In this document: one piece after another, positions 30,236 through 40,775 of the stretch
How the letters are laid out: the number at the start of each line of letters is the position of its first letter
Position numbering within the stretch: position 1 is the first letter of the stretch
Program-made: the position numbers and the translations under genes
The notes under the pieces: model-generated
Told to the model about the DNA's origin: nothing
Database searches by the model: none
Seen by the model: only the letters and a program-made list of their open reading frames with translations
NCBI GenBank assembly: GCA_963733195.1
Contig: CAVTCR010000073.1
Location: 128,001-192,000, forward strand
Length of the DNA stretch: 64,000 bases
Origin: an uncultured delta proteobacterium
GTDB taxonomy: Bacteria > Desulfobacterota > Binatia > Bin18
Direction of reading: 5' to 3'

Positions 30236-31759
30236 ATGAGCCTAGGCAATAAACTTACCTGCTATCTCTTAGTTGGTGTCCTCTTGGTCATGGGAATCGA
30301 CTTGTATCTTAGTGTCGAGCGGACACGTGCCAATCTCTTAGTCGATTTGCGGAGCGAAGTATCAACTCTTAGTCGCACTTTGCAACTTGCATTGGATACT
30401 GCGGGGGGAGATACGCCAGAGCGATACTTCGATCGCCTCGTCGTCGGGATCAGTGGATTTGAGAACGTACTTGGGGTGGCCTTCTATAATCGTAACGGTG
30501 ATATCACCTCGCTTTCGGCCTCACTAGAGAATCGTAAACTACCGGATGTCGATGTTCGTGGGATTATTGATTCTCGCACTCCGGCCGAGGGATTGCTTAC
30601 CGAAGGAAAGGCACAACGGTATTACCGCGTCGGGCCGATTGCAAACTCAGAGGGGGAAGGAATCGCTGCATTTTTGGTCATCGAAGATCTGCCACTATTC
30701 ACCAATGAGTTTCGTGCACGAGCCTACCAAACGCTACTGACAACTGCTGGTTTAATGGGAGTGCTAGTTCTTATCGTTCCCGTAATGATTCGTCGTGGAG
30801 TTACGCAACCTCTCAACCGCTTCGCACAACAGATTGAAGTTATCGGTCAGGGGAGATTCGATCAACGTCTGGCAACGACGCGTCGCGATGAAATCGGTCG
30901 CCTCGCACAAGAATTTGATCGTATGTGCAGCCGGCTGGAATCTGCCCAGCATCGTCTGCTTGTCGAGAGCGAGGAAAAGTTGCGGTTGGAGCGAACTCTG
31001 CGCCATTCTGGGAAACTTGCGGCCTTAGGACAACTCGCTTCACGTCTCGCCCACGAGATTGGTACGCCACTCAATGTCATCCAAGGACGAGCAGAGCAGC
31101 TGTTACGACAAGAAGGATTGGTTGAGAAAGATCGTAATTTCATTCGGGTGATTATTTCTCAGATCGAACGTATCAGTGGATTCCTCCGTGAACTGTTAAC
31201 CTTGGCACGACGACCAGAGCCGCGCTTACGGGTAGTGTCGGTCAATGACATCGTTCGTCACGTTCGCGAAGTGATTGGTGAGCAAGAGCAACAAGCTGGA
31301 GCTGAAGTCATCCTTGCCTTGGCATTAGAAGACGCGCTTCCGGCAGTGCAGGTCGACCCGGACCAACTCGAACAGGTTCTTCTCAATCTCACTGTGAATG
31401 CACTCCAAGCAGTAGGAACGGTGGGTTCGGTGACGTTGAAGACCCAACTTGTAGAACAGGGGCATAGCAACAGAGAGGCAACTGTTGACGTGATTGTTGC
31501 GGATACTGGTCCTGGGATTCATCCGGACGATCTTCCTCGTGTGTTTGAGCCGTTCTTTACGACAAAAGGATCGAGTGGGACCGGCCTAGGATTGGCAATC
31601 AGCCGCGAGATTGTTCTCAATCATCACGGGGAGATTCGCGTTGAGAGTGAGGCCGGACGCGGGGCACGATTCATCGTGTCGTTACCGGTTCAGAAAGATC
31701 TCGCGATTGGAGAACAATCAGTGACTATGATTGAGTCTAGGGGAGGAATTTCATGCTAA
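30236..31759 (+). CDS. Sensor histidine kinase (HAMP-HisKA-HATPase, NtrB/AtoS-like)
   Basis: LAHEIGTPLNVI, NLTVNALQA, DTGPGI, FEPFFTTK, GTGLGLAIS. Confidence 0.92.
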   Translation: MSLGNKLTCYLLVGVLLVMGIDLYLSVERTRANLLVDLRSEVSTLSRTLQLALDTAGGDTPERYFDRLVVGISGFENVLGVAFYNRNGDITSLSASLENRKLPDVDVRGIIDSRTPAEGLLTEGKAQRYYRVGPIANSEGEGIAAFLVIEDLPLFTNEFRARAYQTLLTTAGLMGVLVLIVPVMIRRGVTQPLNRFAQQIEVIGQGRFDQRLATTRRDEIGRLAQEFDRMCSRLESAQHRLLVESEEKLRLERTLRHSGKLAALGQLASRLAHEIGTPLNVIQGRAEQLLRQEGLVEKDRNFIRVIISQIERISGFLRELLTLARRPEPRLRVVSVNDIVRHVREVIGEQEQQAGAEVILALALEDALPAVQVDPDQLEQVLLNLTVNALQAVGTVGSVTLKTQLVEQGHSNREATVDVIVADTGPGIHPDDLPRVFEPFFTTKGSSGTGLGLAISREIVLNHHGEIRVESEAGRGARFIVSLPVQKDLAIGEQSVTMIESRGGISC

Positions 31760-33168
31760 CGGCGGAGCGTAGGGGCCGTGCGCGAGTTCTCGTACTGGAT
31801 GATGAGCGAGAAATGGGGTCATTTCTCGTCGATCTCCTGAGTGATGAAGGCTACACCACAGAGGCGTACCAGAGAGGGACTGAGGTCGTCGCCGCACTAG
31901 AGAAAGAAGGCGCAGACTTACTCATCACGGATATGGTGATGGATGGCATGAAAGGCATGGAAGTCTTACGGGCTGCGAAACTCCGCGACCCGAGCATTGC
32001 AGTCGTGATGATTACTGCCTTTGGGACGATTGAGAGTGCCGTAGAAGCGATGCGCGGAGGAGCATTCTATTACCTCACCAAGCCGTTCAAAAGTGCGGAC
32101 CTCCTGTTCATCGTACAAAAGGCTCTGGAAGAAAAACATCTGCGGACCGAGGTCCTGCGATTACAGAAGGAAGTCGAATCTCACTATCACTTCGACCAGA
32201 TCATTGGCAAAAGTGCGGCTATGCAGCAGGTGTTTGAGTTGGTCGAGCGTGTCAAAGAAAGTCCGGTCAACATCCTGCTGACCGGTGAGAGTGGCACAGG
32301 AAAGGATCTGCTCGCGCGCACGCTACATTACCAGAGTGGACGGAAGCACTCTCCTTTTGTCCCAGTGAATTGCGCTGCGATCCCGGAACAGTTACTCGAA
32401 AGCGAACTGTTCGGCTATGTTCGTGGGGCGTTTACTGATGCCCGGAAGGATAAGAAAGGGCTGTTTGTTGAAGCCGACGGAGGGACCTTATTCCTCGATG
32501 AAGTAGGCGAATTGCCGTTGCTCCTGCAAGCGAAGCTGCTCCGCGTGATCGAAGACAAAGAAGTCCGCCCACTCGGTGCGACCAAGGTAGAAAAAGTTGA
32601 TGTGCGGATTATTGCGGCGACTAATCGTGACATGCGTGGTACGGTCGAGCGAGGAGAATTTCGCCAAGATCTCTTCTATCGGCTGAGTGTCGTCGACATC
32701 CACATCCCGTCACTACGTGAGCGACCGGAAGATTTGCCATTACTGCTACAGCATTTCATCACTCGCTCGTCCCAAGCCTCGCAAGTACGACGATTGTCCG
32801 CTGATGCGCTACGCATTCTGTTGAATTATCCATGGCCGGGAAACGTCCGTGAATTGGAAAATACTATTGAGCGTGCCCTCGTATTATGTCGGGGGGAGGA
32901 GATTACACCTAACGATCTGCCAGCGCACCTCACTGCTAGTAAACCTCAAGTCTCCGGGCTAGAACACGCCCTCCTGCGACGTCGCTCCTTGGCTGACCTC
33001 GAACGGGAATATATTCGCCTCGCACTTGAGTTCACCGAAGGTAAAAAGAAAGAAGCTGCAGATATTCTTGGCATCGACCGCAAGACGTTGTATCGCAAGC
33101 TGGAGGAATACGACAAAGAAGACGGCGAGCCAACAAATGTGTCGACGAGTATGACGTCGATAATATGA
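31753..33168 (+). CDS. Sigma54-dependent response regulator (NtrC/AtoC family)
   Basis: Receiver domain, GESGTGKD, GAFTDA, LFLDEVGEL, WPGNVRELEN, Fis-type HTH. Confidence 0.95.
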   Translation: MLTAERRGRARVLVLDDEREMGSFLVDLLSDEGYTTEAYQRGTEVVAALEKEGADLLITDMVMDGMKGMEVLRAAKLRDPSIAVVMITAFGTIESAVEAMRGGAFYYLTKPFKSADLLFIVQKALEEKHLRTEVLRLQKEVESHYHFDQIIGKSAAMQQVFELVERVKESPVNILLTGESGTGKDLLARTLHYQSGRKHSPFVPVNCAAIPEQLLESELFGYVRGAFTDARKDKKGLFVEADGGTLFLDEVGELPLLLQAKLLRVIEDKEVRPLGATKVEKVDVRIIAATNRDMRGTVERGEFRQDLFYRLSVVDIHIPSLRERPEDLPLLLQHFITRSSQASQVRRLSADALRILLNYPWPGNVRELENTIERALVLCRGEEITPNDLPAHLTASKPQVSGLEHALLRRRSLADLEREYIRLALEFTEGKKKEAADILGIDRKTLYRKLEEYDKEDGEPTNVSTSMTSII

Positions 33169-33226
33169 ACTGCCGATTGACCTGTCTGGTGTAAGAGCAA
33201 CCCTCTGTGGTGGTCCTTTGTCATTA

Positions 33227-34465
33227 TCAGGGAAGCGGAGCTGGACCAACATACTGCGCGCGTGGACGAATAAGTTGATCGAGTTGGTACTGTTCAATGG
33301 CGTGACCGATCCAGCCGATCGTGCGCCCTATAGCAAAGAGGGCTAGCGCTGCGCCAGACGGAAGCTGCAGTGCACTGCTCAGTGTTGTAAGCGCGAAGTC
33401 AATCGTTGGGGATTGTCCGATCGTTCGCTGTACTTGATCGATAACAGCTCTCCCGAGGGTGACTGCCGAAGCACGGGGATATGTCTGAGCGATCAATTCG
33501 AGTAATGCCTTACCGCGCGGGTCGCCGTCGGGGTACAGTGGATGGCCAAAACCAGGAAGCCACTCTCCACGTTTCAAACGGTTTGAGATGATTGTTCGCA
33601 CCTGAGACGGTGTCTGTACTTCGCGTAAAAATGCCTCAACTTGATCGGTGTACCCACCGTGCTTTGCGCCTTGCAGTGCAGCTAAACCTGCGGTGACAAC
33701 TGCGTACGGTGTTGAGTTTGCCGACGCCACACACCGAGCAGTGAATGCCGAGACATTGAGTTCATGATCTGCACACAGAATCAATGCAGCTCGTAAAAGT
33801 GCGGTCGCTTCGGGCTGCTGCGGGGCCCAGCCTTTTTGTAACGTCTGGGCAATGCCGTGGCTACTGTTCTGCTGGCCAACCCCGACGAGGGTTAGCAAGC
33901 GGAGAATACGTGCGCCAGTCTGGGCGACGGCCAACGGGCGGAAATCATACGCTGCCAAATCTTCGACTGCTGCCATCGGTAGCAATATCTGAAATAGTTC
34001 GACCGGAGCCAAGTCCGTCAGTATGTTGGATAGCCGTTTATGCATAGTTACACAGCGTGACGCAAGCTTTTGGTTCGTGGTGTCGAAAAGAGGTACGGGC
34101 TCGGTGACAAGATCCCCGAGCCAGAGTAACGCAGCAACCTCCTCAACGCTCCTAGTCATTGCGAGAGTCACTGCATCGTGCCCACGGTAATACAATCGTC
34201 CATCAGTGATAAGTGTGAGAGCCGACTCAAGCACTGGTGATCCTAAGTGCAAAGCTTTGGCCGCTACCTGCGCAGGGTTGCGACGTATTTCTTTGCGTTC
34301 TTTAAGATGCTCTACATCGTCCCGGTGATAGCGGTGCACCCGTTTGCTGCCGTCGGCAGCTTCGGAACGAATCAATCCTCGACTCACATACGCATACAGG
34401 GTTGCTGCACTCACTCCTAATGTCTCAGCTGCTTCCTGCGCGCTGAGATACTGCCCTTTTCCCAT
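33227..34465 (-). CDS. HTH-fused citrate synthase family protein
   Basis: N-terminal YLSAQEAAETLGVSAATLYAYVSRGLI HTH; LYYRGHD, ADHELNVSAF, KHGG, GFGHPLY..GDPR, IDFAL. Confidence 0.88.
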   Translation of the reverse strand: MGKGQYLSAQEAAETLGVSAATLYAYVSRGLIRSEAADGSKRVHRYHRDDVEHLKERKEIRRNPAQVAAKALHLGSPVLESALTLITDGRLYYRGHDAVTLAMTRSVEEVAALLWLGDLVTEPVPLFDTTNQKLASRCVTMHKRLSNILTDLAPVELFQILLPMAAVEDLAAYDFRPLAVAQTGARILRLLTLVGVGQQNSSHGIAQTLQKGWAPQQPEATALLRAALILCADHELNVSAFTARCVASANSTPYAVVTAGLAALQGAKHGGYTDQVEAFLREVQTPSQVRTIISNRLKRGEWLPGFGHPLYPDGDPRGKALLELIAQTYPRASAVTLGRAVIDQVQRTIGQSPTIDFALTTLSSALQLPSGAALALFAIGRTIGWIGHAIEQYQLDQLIRPRAQYVGPAPLP

Positions 34466-34504
34466 ACGTCAGATCCTCCCTCAGAGACAGAGAAATATAT
34501 TTTA

Positions 34505-34552
34505 TATTGATCAATAAATCAATGTTGACAATATAAATATAATTCGTACACT
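34505..34552 (+). promoter_or_regulatory. Palindromic operator plus sigma70 promoter
   Basis: TATTGATCAATA perfect palindrome (34505-34516), further ATCAAT, TTGACA (34525-34530)-N16-TACACT (34547-34552). Confidence 0.6.
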
Positions 34553-34604
34553 CAGTGCAGAACTCCATCGTTTTCAGGACAATGAGAGAGAGAGGAGGTC
34601 TCCT

Positions 34605-35942
34605 ATGGCAGTCAATCACTACGAAGTACATGACGTATCTGAGCCGAATTTGCTCCGCGACATCTTTCCCTACGACACAGTGCCGAAAGTGGTCTTTGAT
34701 GGTGTCAACGAAGCACTCGATCCTGCACCGGAGTTTTTCATTACCGATACCACCTTCCGCGATGGGCAGCAGGCGCGGCCGCCGTATACAGTGCAACAGA
34801 TCGTTGACCTCTACACGATGCTCCATCGTCTCGGTGGCCCACGAGGGGTGGTCCGCCAAGCCGAGTTCTTTCTCTACTCTGATGTGGACCGCGAGGCGGT
34901 GCAGAAGTGCCTCGAACGTGGATATCAGTTTCCGGAGGTAACCGGCTGGATTCGGGCGGTGAAATCCGACTTTCAACTTGTGAAAGCAGTAGGGTTAAAA
35001 GAGACAGGGATTCTCACTTCATGCTCGGACTACCACATCTTTCTGAAGCTCAAGAAAACTCGTCGCCAAGCGTACGAAGAATACCTGAATGTAGTGACAG
35101 CAGCACTCGATGCCGGGATTCAGATTCGTTGCCACCTTGAGGATGCGACGCGGGCGGATTTCTATGGGTTCGTGGTTCCGTTTGTGTCGCAGTTGATGCG
35201 GCTCCGCGAAGAAAGCGGGATTCCGATTAAGATCCGCGTGTGTGACACTATGGGGTTTGGCGTGCCGTTTCCTGGTGTAGCGTTACCACGGAGCGTGCCG
35301 AAACTGATCCAGGGGTTACGCCGCGAATGTGGTGTACCTCCAGCGTGTTTAGAATGGCATGGGCATAACGATTTTCACAAAGTGTTGGCGAATGCCACCG
35401 CGGCGTGGCTGTACGGCTGCATGTATGCTAACGGGACACTTTTAGGGTATGGCGAGCGCACAGGAAACCCGCCGCTTGAAGGCTTGGTAATGGACTATAT
35501 TTCGCTCACCGGAGACACTAACGGCATAGATACATCCGTTATTACCGAGATCGCATATTACTTTGAACATGAGATTGGCTACCGTATTCCACCAAACTAT
35601 CCCTTTGTTGGTCGAGATTTTAATGTGACACGTGCTGGCATTCATGCTGACGGCCTTTTGAAAGACGAAGAGATCTACAACATCTTTGATACCAACAAAG
35701 TCCTGCGGCGGCCGCCCCGAGTTGCGGTGGATAAAACCTCCGGCACAGCTGGCGTGTCGTGGTGGATCAATACCTATTTCAATCTTGCCAACGTCCGACG
35801 AGTCGAAAAAAGATCCGCAGCCGTGCAGAAAATTGCCGACTGGGTTGATGCCCAATATCGCCAGGAGCGTACGACCTCGATCTCTGACGAGGAGATGTTG
35901 ATGCAGGTGCGACTCCACTGTCCAGAACTTCTGGCTCACTAA
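34605..35942 (+). CDS. Re-citrate synthase-like DRE-TIM metallolyase
   Basis: ITDTTFRDGQQARPPY, ETGILTSCSDYHIF, EWHGHNDF, GERTGN, RAGIHADGLLK; no LeuA regulatory domain. Confidence 0.8.
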   Translation: MAVNHYEVHDVSEPNLLRDIFPYDTVPKVVFDGVNEALDPAPEFFITDTTFRDGQQARPPYTVQQIVDLYTMLHRLGGPRGVVRQAEFFLYSDVDREAVQKCLERGYQFPEVTGWIRAVKSDFQLVKAVGLKETGILTSCSDYHIFLKLKKTRRQAYEEYLNVVTAALDAGIQIRCHLEDATRADFYGFVVPFVSQLMRLREESGIPIKIRVCDTMGFGVPFPGVALPRSVPKLIQGLRRECGVPPACLEWHGHNDFHKVLANATAAWLYGCMYANGTLLGYGERTGNPPLEGLVMDYISLTGDTNGIDTSVITEIAYYFEHEIGYRIPPNYPFVGRDFNVTRAGIHADGLLKDEEIYNIFDTNKVLRRPPRVAVDKTSGTAGVSWWINTYFNLANVRRVEKRSAAVQKIADWVDAQYRQERTTSISDEEMLMQVRLHCPELLAH

Positions 35943-36187
35943 TCGTCAGTATATGATAGGAGAGGCGAACGTTCGTTCCTCGTTTCTTATCGCCTCTTCT
36001 TTCTCACTGCTTCCCTCACCCTCCTGCTGGCACGCTACGGTGTCTTCAGTGTCTCAAGGCACGCAGGTAAGAAATCTCCTTAACAAAAGAATCTCCTTTT
36101 GTTTTCCTCTTTTCTTAGTGGAACACTTTACTTTCCTCTAAAGAATCCGCGCCTCTATCCGATTCTGCCTGTAGGAGGACAATCATC

Positions 36188-36782
36188 ATGAAAAACTTCC
36201 GCTTCTTACTCTCCTATGGGGCTACGGCTGCTCTGGTAGCGTCGTTAGGGCTGGGAACCACGACTGCTCACGCTGGGAACTCCCCTACAGAGGTGCAAGC
36301 CGAGTCCACGACTTCATCTCCGATCGTCCTTGCGGGTATCGAGAGAGTTGCGAAACCGGCAACCGGAAATATAGCAAAGGCGGTCAAGAAGACCCAGGAG
36401 AAATTAGCCAAGGCCGAGGCGAAGCTTGCCAGGCTCCAGAATCAACTGAATGCACTTCAGCAAAAACTTGCCAATGGCGAAATTTCTCAAGCTGAGTTCG
36501 ACGAAAAAAGCCGGAAACTCGAGAACAAGATTGCCGCTGCCGAGCAGAAGGTCGAAGTGGCAGAAGCAAGGATAGAGGTGGCAGAAGCAAGGCAGGCTGA
36601 GAAAGAGGCAAAACGGGCGCTGAAAGCAGCGAAAGAGGCTTTCAAAAAAGGCGAGATTTCCCAGGCTGCAATTAGAGGCAAAGAGGGTGGCGCTAGCAGA
36701 AGCGAAAAAAGACCTTGATGAAGCGAAACAGGAGCTAGCAGACACGAAAAGGGATGATCCTAAGCACAGTCCAAGTGCGTAA
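36188..36782 (+). CDS. Secreted Lys/Glu/Ala-rich coiled-coil protein (frameshift near 36672)
   Basis: RBS AGGAGG, signal peptide ending AHA, repeated GEISQA; shifted frame ends ...DDPKHSPSA. Confidence 0.65.
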
Positions 36783-36812
36783 GCAGTGCAGAGAACGGTG
36801 GGGGAAAAGAAT

Positions 36813-37981
36813 ATGCGCTTTGCAGTAGGTCTTATCTCGATTGTGATGTTCATAGTCGCTCTCCTGGGGTGTACTCCGTCTTCGCGGCCAATCGGTGTCG
36901 TGCAGCCTGTTGGGACGACAACTCAGGTTAATTTAGAAAGTCCTGTAGTTTCTCCTAGCATTGGCCTGACGTCACCGGGGAATGTGAGGGAGTGGAACGT
37001 TGATCGCGAGTAACGACACCAATGACGCTGAGATGCTCACGAAGTTGTGGTACAAACGTACCCGTGAAGCAGCGCTTGCAGACTATCCTTTAGGCCCAGG
37101 CGATGTACTCGAAATCTCCGTGCCCAACTTGGATGAAATCCAGACCTTTAGTGCACGGATTACTGGGGACGGGACGATCACGCTCCCGCTGGTTGGGGTG
37201 ATCCAAGCCGCAAACTTGACGGAAGCACAACTCCGTGACGAGATCCGTCGCCGCCTGGAAGCAAAATATATGAGACGATCCCCAGGTGAATGTCTTCGTG
37301 CGCGAGTATCGGAGCCGGCAAGTGGCAGTGACCGGTGCGGTGCAAAAACCTGGACTGTACAGCCTCACGAATGGGAGTAATACCGTTCTTGATCTGATTG
37401 GGTTGGCAGGAGGCATGACTCCAGAGTCTGCACCACGTGTGCTACTGTTTCCGTCCGAATCAACAACACAAGTCTCAAATGGTGCAGCGACTTCTCCAAG
37501 CGCGATGGTGGCTTTCAGTAATGGGCCGCATTCCCAGTTAGTTCCGAAGCCGGACCCCGTTGTGATTAATCTCCAGACCTTGTCTCAGGGAGGAAGTCAG
37601 ATCCATCTGACTATGCCTGTCCGGCCGGGCGATGTGCTGATGATCCCTCCTGGTGGTGAGGTGCTCGTCGAAGGCTGGGTTGAGAAGCCAGGATCATACA
37701 AGATTACTCCTGGACTCACACTGCTGGGATCCATCGTGGCGGCGGGAGGGCCGCATTTTGCCGCGAATTCCTCAGCCGTCGAACTCATTCGTGCAAAGAG
37801 GGATGGGGGAAAAATTTCCTTTGTTGCCGACCTGGAGAAGATCAAACGGGGTGAAAGCCAAGATATCGCCGTCCAGGAAGGCGATATCATTGCCATGCCA
37901 TCCTCACCACTTAAAGTGGGACCGTACGGGGTGTACTCAATCATTACCACTATGGTCCGAGTTGGGGCGTCTATCTACTAA
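36813..37981 (+). CDS. wza: Polysaccharide export lipoprotein (Poly_export plus SLBB), frameshifted
   Basis: ALLGC lipobox, DYPLGPGDVLEISV, DGTITLPLVG, VTGAVQKPGLY. Confidence 0.8.
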
Positions 37982-38110
37982 GTTCAGTTTTTCAGTTGGG
38001 TACCGTGTATCCGGTGGTCGGTCGCACGAGAGCGATAGCGTGCGACACTTGTAGAGTACTGTCTATCGTGGGGGAACTTCTCATTATTTGCGAAACAAAA
38101 GGGCCTTTCT

Positions 38111-40477
38111 ATGCGTGAACTATCTCCATACGTGCTGCAACCGAGCCCGACACCAGACCGGGGAGGGCCTATAGGTTTTCAAGAACCCGTAGTTGAGGAA
38201 GAACCGCATTTGCGCGATTACTGGCGTGTCCTGCACAAGCATAAGCAATTGATTGGAGCATGCGTGCTTGGCGTGGTCGGATTTGCAACTCTTGTGGTGT
38301 TCATGATGACGCCACAGTACACAGCAGAAACAACCTTGTTGGTGGAACGTAAGGCACCGCAGGCACTGAAAGTCGAAGGAGCACAGGCCGAGGCGCTCGG
38401 ACCTGATGAATATGATTACTATAAGACTCAGTACGAACTTCTGAAGAGCCGTGCCCTCGCTGCTCAAGTGATTCAAGAACACAATCTTGAACAGCACGAT
38501 TGGTTCGTGAAGAAAGAACAAAAGGGATTGTTTGCCGACGTCTGGGCGCAGGTCCGCAGTTGGCTCGGAAGAGCCTCAACAAAGACTCCAAGTGAGGATC
38601 AATCGACCGTTGATCCACGGGTGATGAAGACCTATCTGAACCAACTGCAGGTGAAACCATTCCCACGAACACGCTTAGTCAAGGTGCTATTCACTTCACC
38701 AGACCCGGCACTCTCAGCACGTCTCGTCAACGCGCATGCTACAGCGTATATGCATTACGGTGTCGAACTGCGGACGCGGGCGAATATCGAAGCGCAACAG
38801 TTTCTCGAAGAAAAGCTCGTCGAACTGAAAGAGCGAGTCGAAAAGTCGGAAGCTGCTCTCAACGACTACCGCCGTGACAAAGGGATTCTCTCCCTCGATG
38901 AAAAAGAAAATATTGTGGTCGATCGCTTGTCGGACCTGAACAAGCGCTTGACAGAAGCCGAGGCAGATCGCATCGAGTTAGAGGCTCAGGTGCGTCTTGT
39001 TCGTAAGCGTGATTATGCCTCCTTGCCGTCTGTACTCGAGAGCGAACTTATTCACCTGTTGAAAGGGCAATTGGCACCCATGGAGGCGGAATACGCCCAA
39101 CTCTTGGCCCGCTTTAAACCCGACTATCCGAAGGTGGTCGAACTGAAAGCACAGATTGAAGAAACTCGGCAACGCATCAACGCTGAAATCACCCGAGTCG
39201 TGGCAGGGGTTGAATCTGCCTTTCTTGCAGCTGAAGGCAAGGAAACAAGCTTGCGCGAGAAAATGGAGGAGCAAAAAACTGCGACGTTGGGGCTCAAAGA
39301 TGCGTCAGTCAATTATGCAATCCTGGCTCGTGAGGTTGATACCAACCGTCAGCTCTACGACAGCGTCTTGCAGCGGATGAAAGAGATGGGAGTAGCCGCT
39401 GAGTTGCGGAGTTCCAATGTGTCAGTGGTGGACAAGGGAGAGGTTCCGCAATCTCCTTCAAAACCACAAAAGGGAGTAGTTATACTTCTCAGCTCGTTGG
39501 TCGGATTACTTGGCGGGGTTGGGGTCGCATTCTTTCTTGAGTACATCGACAATACAATTAAAACACCAGAGGAAGTCCAACGTCATCTCGGACTTCCCAG
39601 TCTCGGGGTAGTGCCAGACTTCGCGACTATCGCTCATACTGCAGGAAGTGGACCGAAAGTACTTGAGGCTCCGGAGCAAGAGCAAGTTGAGGGTACTGAG
39701 CCGCAGGCTGTTTCTCGTGCACTCACGACATCCCCGCGGACGGAACTCGTGCTCTCTCACCATCCGCTCTCACTGATTGCTGAAGCCTATCGGACGTTGC
39801 GGACGGCGCTTTTTCTTTCCCGTGCAGGCGAAGCACCACGAACGCTGCTTTTTACCAGTGCAACGGAGAGAGAAGGGAAAACGCTCACGACTATCAACAC
39901 GGCGGTGATCTTTGCCCAGATGGGGTTACGGGTAGCTGTGATTGATGCAGACTTGCGCCGCCCTCGTTGTCATAAAGTGCTCGGGGTAAGAAATTGGGCG
40001 GGGCTTACAGAGGTCTTGGCCGGGCAGCGTGAGCTACAGGAAGTTATCAAGCCCACCGCAACAGAGAACCTCTTTCTTTTACCGAGTGGCGCAGTGCCAC
40101 CAAACCCAGCGGAACTTGTGGGCTCACGGAAGATGCAGGAGCTGATGGCCAATCTTCTGCAGCAGTTCGATTGCGTGATCGTCGACACGCCACCAGTGCT
40201 GCCTGTCAGTGATGCGCTCCTGATGACCCGGTTGGTCGATGGGGTTGTGTTGGTGGTCAACGGTCAGAAAACCCCTCGGCATCTGGTGAAGGAAGCACGT
40301 TCGCGGCTCTTATACGCTCGGGCCAAGATTCTGGGGGTGGTCCTCAATCGAGTTGACATGGTGAAAGGTGACTACGCCTATTACTATGGTCACTACTCGT
40401 CTTATTACCGCCGCAATAGTGAAGAGTGGAATGGAAGCCAGAGTGACAATTTCGACCAAAGAAAAATGTCGGCGTAA
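38111..40477 (+). CDS. wzc: Polysaccharide co-polymerase / tyrosine autokinase
   Basis: Wzz N-terminus, AEAYRTLRT, EGKT, IDADLRRP, VDTPPVL, Tyr-rich tail. Confidence 0.93.
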   Translation: MRELSPYVLQPSPTPDRGGPIGFQEPVVEEEPHLRDYWRVLHKHKQLIGACVLGVVGFATLVVFMMTPQYTAETTLLVERKAPQALKVEGAQAEALGPDEYDYYKTQYELLKSRALAAQVIQEHNLEQHDWFVKKEQKGLFADVWAQVRSWLGRASTKTPSEDQSTVDPRVMKTYLNQLQVKPFPRTRLVKVLFTSPDPALSARLVNAHATAYMHYGVELRTRANIEAQQFLEEKLVELKERVEKSEAALNDYRRDKGILSLDEKENIVVDRLSDLNKRLTEAEADRIELEAQVRLVRKRDYASLPSVLESELIHLLKGQLAPMEAEYAQLLARFKPDYPKVVELKAQIEETRQRINAEITRVVAGVESAFLAAEGKETSLREKMEEQKTATLGLKDASVNYAILAREVDTNRQLYDSVLQRMKEMGVAAELRSSNVSVVDKGEVPQSPSKPQKGVVILLSSLVGLLGGVGVAFFLEYIDNTIKTPEEVQRHLGLPSLGVVPDFATIAHTAGSGPKVLEAPEQEQVEGTEPQAVSRALTTSPRTELVLSHHPLSLIAEAYRTLRTALFLSRAGEAPRTLLFTSATEREGKTLTTINTAVIFAQMGLRVAVIDADLRRPRCHKVLGVRNWAGLTEVLAGQRELQEVIKPTATENLFLLPSGAVPPNPAELVGSRKMQELMANLLQQFDCVIVDTPPVLPVSDALLMTRLVDGVVLVVNGQKTPRHLVKEARSRLLYARAKILGVVLNRVDMVKGDYAYYYGHYSSYYRRNSEEWNGSQSDNFDQRKMSA

Positions 40478-40545
40478 CGGGGGCATGGGAGTCATCCTCC
40501 GAGGAGCATGACATGGGACGTTTTCGCCCGCATCTGTGCGTGCGT

Positions 40546-40748
40546 GTCATTCTGAGCCCCACTCCCCTTCGACAAGCTCAGGGTACGCTCAGGACAGGCT
40601 TCGCAAAGAATCTCTCAGAGAGACCCTTCACGGAGTTTATCTTGAGTGTCCTTCGACTTCGGTGCTGCGCACCTACGCTCAAGATGAGCGGACGCGAAAG
40701 GTTCAGGGTGATACCTCCCGTGTGCCAATCTCATGCCTTGTCGTTTAG
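40546..40748 (-). repeat. Composite palindromic repeat related to the MITE-like family, with nested CCTTCGAC..GCTCA units
   Basis: GTCATTCTGAG, AAGAATCTC, AGACCCTTC and CGTGTGCCAATCT match the reverse complement of 61884-62035. Confidence 0.65.
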
Positions 40749-40775
40749 GGTCGTTTCTTCCCTGATGAATAATCT

